This document shows, piece by piece, positions 58,168 through 64,000 of a stretch of DNA of 64,000 nt. The DNA is from Holosporaceae bacterium. GTDB taxonomy: Bacteria; Pseudomonadota; Alphaproteobacteria; UBA3830. Both the position numbers and the translations under genes were made by a program. Location: the NCBI GenBank assembly GCA_031258575.1, contig JAIRMQ010000029.1, positions 727-64,726 on the forward strand, read 5' to 3'. The notes beneath the pieces were generated by a model. The model searched no databases and was not told the origin of the DNA. It saw only the letters and a program-made list of their open reading frames with translations. Position 1 is the stretch's first letter. Every line of letters begins with the position of its first letter.

Positions 58168-58244
58168 TGGTGCGATCGGCGGGATTTGAACCTGCGACAC
58201 CAGGATTAGGAATCCTGTGCTCTATCCAACTGAGCTACGACCGC
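58168..58244 (-). tRNA. tRNA-Arg (anticodon CCT), CCA encoded
   Basis: The minus strand reads GCGGTCG-TA-GCTC-AGTTGGATA-GAGC-A-CAGGA-TTCCTAA-TCCTG-GTGTC-GCAGG-TTCAAAT-CCCGC-CGATCGC-ACCA. This is a full cloverleaf with one A-C mismatch in the T stem. Confidence 0.92.
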
Positions 58245-58302
58245 ATATAACATGGAAAAATTTATACAAAAATACTTCTTGTATCAATAGGAAACGTTAA
58301 AA

Positions 58303-59214
58303 CTACTCTATTTCTGCTTTAATGATAACATCTACTTTTTCAAACATTTTTTTGATTTTTCCTTCTGCTTCTTCAGTTATTCTATGAGCTTCAGTAAGCA
58401 AGATGTTAGAATTTACTTGTATACGAGACTCTACGTATTTTTTCATTCCAGCCGATCTTGTTTTTAATATCTTGACTTTTTCTACGCCACGGACTGATTC
58501 AATTGCCTCTTTAATATCATCCTGCACTTTTGAAGGAAGTGATTCATCCATAAGATCTATAATCGCACTTTTCAATATTAAAATAGCGCTGTATAGAACA
58601 TACCCACCTACAATAATTCCACCAACGGCATCTCCCCAGTGGAAAAAATTGGCAGTTAATAGAGATACTAATATGATTCCATTCATCAAAAAATCAGATA
58701 AGTAGTGGAGAGAATCTCCTTTAACTAAGATGGACTCAGTTTTTTTTGTAACGTAATTTTGAAAATATACAAGTTGATAAACTGCGAGACAGGAAATAAT
58801 CATTACCACTATTCCAACTTTAGTATTAACTACTTCTCTGGAATTTTGAAAAACCTCATAAGCCTCAACAAAAATCATGATTCCAGAATAGATAACTAAT
58901 AGACATTGGAAGAGCGCTGCTATTGCTTCCATTTTTTCGTGTCCGAAATTATGCTTTTTATCAACAGGCATAGAGGAACAAGCCATGGCTTTATAAGCAA
59001 GAAACGATGTCAGTGCATCTAAAATAGAATCGTTCATAGATGCTCTTATTGAAATAGAGCTAGTAACCATCCAAGCTCCAAACTTTATTATCATCAAAAA
59101 GAAAGAAGTAATAATCCCCAGCGCAATTGATTTCTTGGCTAATTCGGTATGAGGAACATCTTTAAAACAAAAATCCAACGCATTGTCTAGCAATTTTACT
59201 TTAAGAAACATCAA
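58303..59214 (-). CDS. Cation diffusion facilitator family transporter
   Basis: Six TM helices, HxxxD-type site SLHYLSD, and a cytoplasmic C-terminal domain. Confidence 0.86.
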   Translation of the reverse strand: MMFLKVKLLDNALDFCFKDVPHTELAKKSIALGIITSFFLMIIKFGAWMVTSSISIRASMNDSILDALTSFLAYKAMACSSMPVDKKHNFGHEKMEAIAALFQCLLVIYSGIMIFVEAYEVFQNSREVVNTKVGIVVMIISCLAVYQLVYFQNYVTKKTESILVKGDSLHYLSDFLMNGIILVSLLTANFFHWGDAVGGIIVGGYVLYSAILILKSAIIDLMDESLPSKVQDDIKEAIESVRGVEKVKILKTRSAGMKKYVESRIQVNSNILLTEAHRITEEAEGKIKKMFEKVDVIIKAEIE

Positions 59215-59286
59215 TTCCCTTTGATTGGCATCAATTTATTCGAGCTAAAGTTTGAAAAATAAAAGAAAATATTTCCGCTATCAATC

Positions 59287-59544
59287 TTATATGGCAGAGA
59301 TCACAGAAACTGCACTTCTTCCTTTATGATCTTTCGAAAATTTAACGATTCCACTAATGGTAGCGAATAAAGTATGATCTCGTCCTATTCCTACATTCTG
59401 ACCAGCTTTAATTTTAGTACCGCGTTGCCTGACAATAATTCCTCCGGCAAACACAGACTGCCCACCAAAACGCTTTACTCCGAGCCGCTTACTTTCAGAA
59501 TCACGACCGTTTTTAGAACTACCACCAGCTTTTTTTGTAGCCAT
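59287..59544 (-). CDS. rpmA: 50S ribosomal protein L27
   Basis: [29 protein letters not shown]. Confidence 0.97.
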   Translation of the reverse strand: MATKKAGGSSKNGRDSESKRLGVKRFGGQSVFAGGIIVRQRGTKIKAGQNVGIGRDHTLFATISGIVKFSKDHKGRSAVSVISAI

Positions 59545-59553
59545 ATTATCCCT

Positions 59554-59865
59554 TTAATGCTTTATATTCTCAATTTTTAAAATAGTAACGGGCTGTCTGT
59601 GTCCGTTTTTCCGTCGAAAATTTTTTCTACGATTTTTTTTGAAAACTAAGACAGTGTCATTCTTTTTCTGCTCTACTACACTAGCCTTTACAGAATAACC
59701 GCTGATAACTGGATTTCCTAGTTTAACGTTACCATTATCTGAGACCATTAGTACATCTGTTATTTCTAGATTCGCTCCAATTTCTTGAGGAAGCCTTTCA
59801 ACGGAGATAAAATCACCAACTTTAACCTTATATTGCTTTCCGCCTGTCCTAACAACAGCAAACAT
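59554..59865 (-). CDS. rplU: 50S ribosomal protein L21
   Basis: MFAVVRTGGKQYKV from the internal ATG 59865. The track ORF carries a spurious 22-aa extension. Confidence 0.95.
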   Translation of the reverse strand: MFAVVRTGGKQYKVKVGDFISVERLPQEIGANLEITDVLMVSDNGNVKLGNPVISGYSVKASVVEQKKNDTVLVFKKNRRKNFRRKNGHRQPVTILKIENIKH

Positions 59866-60025
59866 TTTACCGCATCCTTCTAAACGCACAAGGTGATTAA
59901 TAAACCATTTCGCTGCTATTTTCAAGAACATTTTTCGTATCTTGAAAGTTCAAATATAGTATTTTACAAAAAACTATTGTTGTTTTGCCTATTAGATTTA
60001 TGGTACGGTTTCAAAAAAAGAGGAT

Positions 60026-61027
60026 GTGCACATGTTAAAGATTATTCATATATTTTTTTTATTAATATCGCTCTCTGCAAATTGTCATGAAGAAGCTCCT
60101 TCCTATAAAAATGTGAGTCCGATCGTCGGATGGAATAGATATTCGGGAGATTCAGCAAATTCAGTTAAAGAATGGTTCAGATGGTGGAAATATCTTCGAA
60201 TGAAACAACCAACTATAATGGAATGGATATATGGCTTGCAATTAAATATCTATCCTGGAAATGAGATATGTAGAGCTCTGTTTGTAAGAGGGATCTATGA
60301 TCCTAATCTTGTGGCGGCAGTAGATTGTATACTTCCCGAAGGAGGAGTATTTTTAGACGCTGGTGCTAGTATGGGATATGTCTCCTTGATCGCAGCTAAA
60401 AAATGCGAGCACGTTTTTGCTCTAGAACCTAGTGGCCGTGATTTTACGCGACTAACCAGCAATATCCAGATAAATAACATGGAGAATCGTATATCCCCAT
60501 ATAAATTAGCTGTTTCTGATGAAAATAGCGAAAAGAAAATGTTAATTGCCTGTGAAGAAAGGAATGCTCTAAACACACTTGGAACTGAGTTTAGTTTCAA
60601 GGGAGTGGAAAAAATAAATGAAGAAAAAGTCGAGACAATTACTATCGACTCTTTCGTCGAAAGGGAAGAAATTAAGCGTTTGGATCTTATAAAATTAGAT
60701 ATTGAGGGAAGCGAATTAATGGCCTTATACGGCGCTTCAGAAACAATAAAAAAATACCGTCCTGTAATAATACTTGGAGTAAAGCAAGAATCGTTAAAAA
60801 CTTGCGGAACCAATTGCATGGAATTGCAGCATTTTATTCATAAAAATGGCTATTACTTTTATATTTTGCAAGAAAAGCCATCTTTTGCTTTTAAGAAAAT
60901 AAACGATATATCGAACCTTCTTGTCAGTGTTGTTTTTTGTTTCCCGGAAGACGTTTCTCCTCCAATTCTTCCTCAGCCAGAGCAAAAAACGCTCTGCGAT
61001 AAGTGTTTAGCCTTCTTTTTTGAATAG
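60026..61027 (+). CDS. FkbM-family SAM-dependent methyltransferase with hydrophobic N-terminus
   Basis: SAM motif FLDAGASMGY and FkbM-type IKLDIEGSELMALYGA. The N-terminus MHMLKIIHIFFLLISLSANC looks like a signal or anchor. An alternative start is Met59. Confidence 0.78.
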   Translation: MHMLKIIHIFFLLISLSANCHEEAPSYKNVSPIVGWNRYSGDSANSVKEWFRWWKYLRMKQPTIMEWIYGLQLNIYPGNEICRALFVRGIYDPNLVAAVDCILPEGGVFLDAGASMGYVSLIAAKKCEHVFALEPSGRDFTRLTSNIQINNMENRISPYKLAVSDENSEKKMLIACEERNALNTLGTEFSFKGVEKINEEKVETITIDSFVEREEIKRLDLIKLDIEGSELMALYGASETIKKYRPVIILGVKQESLKTCGTNCMELQHFIHKNGYYFYILQEKPSFAFKKINDISNLLVSVVFCFPEDVSPPILPQPEQKTLCDKCLAFFFE

Positions 61028-61030
61028 TAT

Positions 61031-61768
61031 TTGGACAATTTTTTGAAAAAAAATGCTTTTATAAAGTTATGGGCGAAAATCCAGAGAAATTTGTTAATTT
61101 TCTTCCAAAAGAAACGAGGAAAAGAGCGTTTCGTTGCTATTATATCAAAAGTAATAGCATTTTTAATGAGGATATCTTTTTTCACGACCAAATGGAAAAT
61201 CGTGGGAGAGAATATTCCAAACTCATATCATCAGAAAAATACACCATTTATCGTCTGTTTATGGCATGACAGACTTATGACGGCTCCGTGCGTTTGGAAA
61301 TGGAAAAAGCCTCTGCATGTGCTAGCTTCCAATCATAAAGACGGAAGATTAATGGCAAAAGTTGTTGAGAATTTTTCAATGCCAGCTATCTATGGCTCCA
61401 CTGGTAGAGGAGGAGTGTCTGCCGCAAAAAAAATCATTCGTTTAATAAGATCTGGAGAATATGTCGCCATTATTCCAGACGGTCCCAGGGGACCTCGCCA
61501 TAAACTTGCACCTGGTGTAATTGCTATTTCTCAGTTAGCGAAGGTGGATATTATCCCGTTCAGCGTTTGTGTGAAAAGATATTTTCGTTTTGATTCTTGG
61601 GATAAATTTATTCTAGTTTGGCCATTTAATCTCGGAGTTATGGTTTGGGAAGAACCCATTTCATTTGGAAAATTGCAGAAAATATCAGAAGAAGAAGCGA
61701 TCGAATTGGTGGAATCAAAAATAAATAAAGCTACACAAACAGCGAAAAACCTTCTTAATAATGCTTAG
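61031..61768 (+). CDS. DUF374 lysophospholipid-acyltransferase-like protein
   Basis: CLWHDRL, ASNHKDGRLMA, IIPDGPRGPRH. It occupies the classic position immediately upstream of, and overlapping, waaA. TTG start is uncertain. Confidence 0.75.
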   Translation: MDNFLKKNAFIKLWAKIQRNLLIFFQKKRGKERFVAIISKVIAFLMRISFFTTKWKIVGENIPNSYHQKNTPFIVCLWHDRLMTAPCVWKWKKPLHVLASNHKDGRLMAKVVENFSMPAIYGSTGRGGVSAAKKIIRLIRSGEYVAIIPDGPRGPRHKLAPGVIAISQLAKVDIIPFSVCVKRYFRFDSWDKFILVWPFNLGVMVWEEPISFGKLQKISEEEAIELVESKINKATQTAKNLLNNA

Positions 61769-63032
61769 TCTTTACAGAGTAATCTTTATCATTATTTCTC
61801 CTATTCTAAAAATGTTTTTCTATATGAGGTGTCTATATAAAAAAGAAAAATTCAATTGCGTTTGCAATCGATTTGGAATTCCAACTGTTTCTAGACCAAA
61901 AGGAAAATTAATCTGGATACATGCAGCTAGCATTGGAGAGTCAACCTCCGCCTTGACTCTAATCCAGCATATAAAAAAACGATTTCCTAATTCGAACATA
62001 TTAATCACGACAATTACGGTAACTTCGGCCAATATTTTACTTCCTAAAATATCCTTAATAGATAAATGCCTGCATCAATTTTCCGTAGCGGATAACCCCA
62101 TTTGGGTTAATAAGTTTTTGGATTATTGGAAGCCAAATATCTCCTTTTTTGTAGAGTCAGAGATTTGGCCAAATACGATCGATTCGCTGTTTCAACGAAA
62201 AATTCCTGTTTTCTTACTAAACGCTAGATTATCTACGAAATCCTTTAATCGATGGCGCATTATCAAAGGTTTTTTTTCGGAAACCTTAAAAAAATTCACA
62301 GCTATTTTAGCTCAATCTAAAGTTGATGCAGAGAGATACGCCTTTTTTTTCTCCGGAAATGTAAAGATCATCGATAATTTAAAATACGCTAATGCGCAAC
62401 TTCCTTGCAATGAAGACTTATTGCAAATGTTTCAGAAAATCTGCGAAGGAAGAAAAATATTGGTAGCGGCTAGTACTCATGAAGGAGAGGAAGAAATTAT
62501 TCTGGAGGCCCACAAAAAATTAAGGAATCACATTAAGTTGGTAACTATCATTATTCCGAGGCATCTTACCCGTATAAAAAAAAATTGTGAAATATTTCGT
62601 GATTACCAATTAAATTATTCTCTGCGGTCTGCTGCCAATATTTCCTCCACTGACGTTGAAATTTTTTGCGTGGATACCTTCGGAGAAGTAGGAACTTTTT
62701 ACCGTCTTGCCGATATATGTTTCGTCGGAGGATCTCTAGTTCCAGTTGGAGGACATAATATATTCGAACCGGTAGCGTTAGGAAAGCCTGTTTTGCACGG
62801 TCCTTATATGGACAATGCGTTGGAAGTTCGTGATTTCCTAAAATCTAAAGGACTCGCGTTTGAAGTAAACGGAGCGGATAAAATTCGCGACATGTTTCTC
62901 CAATTAACTTCAGACTCTCAGGAATTAAATAGAATATCCTCTCTAGCTCTTTCCTTAACAAAAAATAATTCACTAAACCAAATAGATAAAATAGTCCAAT
63001 GGCCTCGTCTTATGGAAGAGTCCACGCAGTAG
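61761..63032 (+). CDS. waaA: 3-deoxy-D-manno-octulosonic acid (Kdo) transferase
   Basis: WIHAASIGES, IIPRHLTR, GGSLVPVGGHNIFEP. Confidence 0.92.
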   Translation: MLSLYRVIFIIISPILKMFFYMRCLYKKEKFNCVCNRFGIPTVSRPKGKLIWIHAASIGESTSALTLIQHIKKRFPNSNILITTITVTSANILLPKISLIDKCLHQFSVADNPIWVNKFLDYWKPNISFFVESEIWPNTIDSLFQRKIPVFLLNARLSTKSFNRWRIIKGFFSETLKKFTAILAQSKVDAERYAFFFSGNVKIIDNLKYANAQLPCNEDLLQMFQKICEGRKILVAASTHEGEEEIILEAHKKLRNHIKLVTIIIPRHLTRIKKNCEIFRDYQLNYSLRSAANISSTDVEIFCVDTFGEVGTFYRLADICFVGGSLVPVGGHNIFEPVALGKPVLHGPYMDNALEVRDFLKSKGLAFEVNGADKIRDMFLQLTSDSQELNRISSLALSLTKNNSLNQIDKIVQWPRLMEESTQ

Positions 63033-63077
63033 ATTATCCCGGAAAAGCATATATTAAAAAGCTTTGAAAACTAATAG

Positions 63078-63127
63078 TGGTGCCGAAAAGAGGAATCGAA
63101 CCTCCGACCTACTGATTACGAATCAGT
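63078..63127 (-). pseudogene. 3' 50-nt fragment of tRNA-Thr(CGT): anticodon arm to CCA, with no D arm or 5' acceptor strand (att-type remnant)
   Basis: The minus strand reads ACTGA-TTCGTAA-TCAGT-AGGTC-GGAGG-TTCGATT-CCTCT-TTTCGGC-ACCA. The complementary 5' acceptor strand GCCGAAA would appear as TTTCGGC on the + strand, and that string is absent from 63128-63342. Confidence 0.8.
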
Positions 63128-63342
63128 TTACATTGGCTTTCCACAAAACAAACAACCTCCACGAATCCGCTCATATTTCAGCATTTTTGAGCATGCCTCC
63201 ACTCTATCAACCAACAATCTTGCATCAAAAACAAAACATAAAATGGGGACAGAATGGGGACAACTTCTTGCTTTTTTCTGCACCATACCCTATATAATAC
63301 TCAACAGAAAAAATATCAAATTGGATGAAGGGCACAATAATC

Positions 63343-64000
63343 ATGAGCGAGAACACGAGAAAATACACAAAAATCCCCGGACTTAGATACAGAGAGCATG
63401 CTACCAGAAAACATGGCCTGCAGAAAGATAAGTATTTCATTATACGATATATGGTTGATGGAAAAAGAAAGGAAGAAGGACTGGGATGGCTTTCTGAGGG
63501 CTGGACTGAGAAAAAAGCGGCAGCACGTTTATTTGAATTAAAAGAGAATAACAGAATAGGCATCGGATGCAAAACCCTAGCAGAAAAACGCGAACAAGCT
63601 CATAAACAAAAGGAGGAAGAGAAAACTAAAACCAAAGAAGAAGAAAGCAGGACCGCAACCTTCTCCGAAATTTTCGAAAAGTACATAACGCAGGCCAAAC
63701 AGGACAAAAGTGCCTCTTCCTGCAAAGACGAGATTTCTTTCTTCAAAAATTGGCTGCAGCCAGTCATGGGCGAGCTAACCATGTCTGAAATAACGCCGGA
63801 CACTCTGAACGCTCTAAAGAAAACAATACTTGAGAATGGAAGAACGCCGCGAACCGCGACCTATATCCTGGCCGTGGTGCGTCAGGTATTTAACTACGCA
63901 AAGAATTACGACCTATATCTGGGGGACAATCCCGTAAGCAAAATTAAGAAACCCACCTGCGACAATCGCAGAATAAGATTTTTAACCAAAAAAGAAGCGG
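63343..64000 (+). CDS. int: Tyrosine recombinase/phage-type integrase, N-terminal ~219 aa (3' end outside window)
   Basis: My own translation from ATG 63343 stays open to the window end: MSENTRKYTKIPGLRYREHATRKHGLQKDKYFIIRYMVDGKRKEEGLGWLSEGWTEKKAAARL (arm-binding type N-terminus), then ...ITPDTLNALKKTILENGRTPRTATYILAVVRQVFNYAKNYDLYLGDNPVSKIKKP...RFLTKKEA (SAM-like core-binding domain). The ORF is absent from the track because it has no stop in the window. Confidence 0.88.
   Translation, partial: MSENTRKYTKIPGLRYREHATRKHGLQKDKYFIIRYMVDGKRKEEGLGWLSEGWTEKKAAARLFELKENNRIGIGCKTLAEKREQAHKQKEEEKTKTKEEESRTATFSEIFEKYITQAKQDKSASSCKDEISFFKNWLQPVMGELTMSEITPDTLNALKKTILENGRTPRTATYILAVVRQVFNYAKNYDLYLGDNPVSKIKKPTCDNRRIRFLTKKEA

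Larger units (their letters stand above)
63078..64000. mobile_element. Edge of an integrated element (tRNA-Thr fragment + integrase), continuing beyond the window
   Basis: A truncated tRNA 3' half is followed about 215 nt later by an inward-facing integrase gene. G+C is visibly higher from ~63340 onward than in the rest of the window. Confidence 0.65.

Noticed and set aside
63078-63150. Possibility that the tRNA-like segment is a complete tRNA-Thr or the tRNA-like end of a (two-piece) tmRNA
   Set aside because: The segment has a canonical 7-nt anticodon loop (TTCGTAA) and a tRNA-Thr-type acceptor end (…TTTCGGCACCA), so it does not look like tmRNA. The complementary 5' acceptor strand and D arm are absent from the adjacent sequence, so it is a fragment rather than a full gene.
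63064-63297. 77-aa plus-strand ORF spanning the tRNA-like region, and minus-strand ORFs 63225-63572 and 63600-63803
   Set aside because: The first reads through the tRNA-Thr fragment. The other two are antisense to the integrase reading frame, which has clear family signatures.

Overview
This is an AT-rich (about one-third G+C by eye), tightly packed bacterial chromosome segment. It holds about 62 protein-coding genes, one intact tRNA (Arg-CCT) and one truncated tRNA-Thr. Most of the window is core housekeeping: gyrB, yidC, infC, recG, rpoH, lepB-rnc-era-recO, rpmI-rplT, plsY-dprA-topA, murG-murC-murB-ftsQ-ftsA-ftsZ, secG-kdsA-ftsB, secB, polA, trxB, aspS, rplU-rpmA and DUF374-waaA. The gene order and protein flavours (Cys-poor DksA, split pntAA, intracellular PhaZ, DUF374 next to waaA) fit a reduced-genome, probably host-associated alphaproteobacterium (Rickettsiales/Holosporales-like) that still makes peptidoglycan and LPS. 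The species cannot be named from sequence alone. Six non-core spots deserve attention. (1) 20788-25202: a translationally coupled four-gene operon with a PilB/GspE-type ATPase, a PilC/GspF-type platform protein and two unrecognisable membrane proteins. No pilin, prepilin peptidase or secretin is visible in the window. (2) 25204-28542: a SemiSWEET-like PQ-loop mini-transporter overlaps the start of a soluble PAS/HisKA/HATPase/REC hybrid kinase. The kinase has a ~245-aa N-terminal domain that I cannot assign, with a weak positional echo of cyclodipeptide synthases. (3) 11092-12985: an orphan 597-aa HExxH protein sits behind a near-consensus promoter flanked by a C9 tract. (4) 52088-53160: a Ser/Thr-rich surface-type protein carries seven in-frame 24-bp tandem repeats and an A12 tract upstream. 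(5) 28748-30653: a convergent, overlapping EptA-like/DgkA pair. (6) 63078-64000: a 3' fragment of tRNA-Thr(CGT) followed by a tyrosine integrase gene and a clear rise in G+C, which looks like the edge of an integrated element continuing beyond the window. Everything here is read by eye from the sequence and ORF track. No database search was run, and family assignments rest on remembered motifs.
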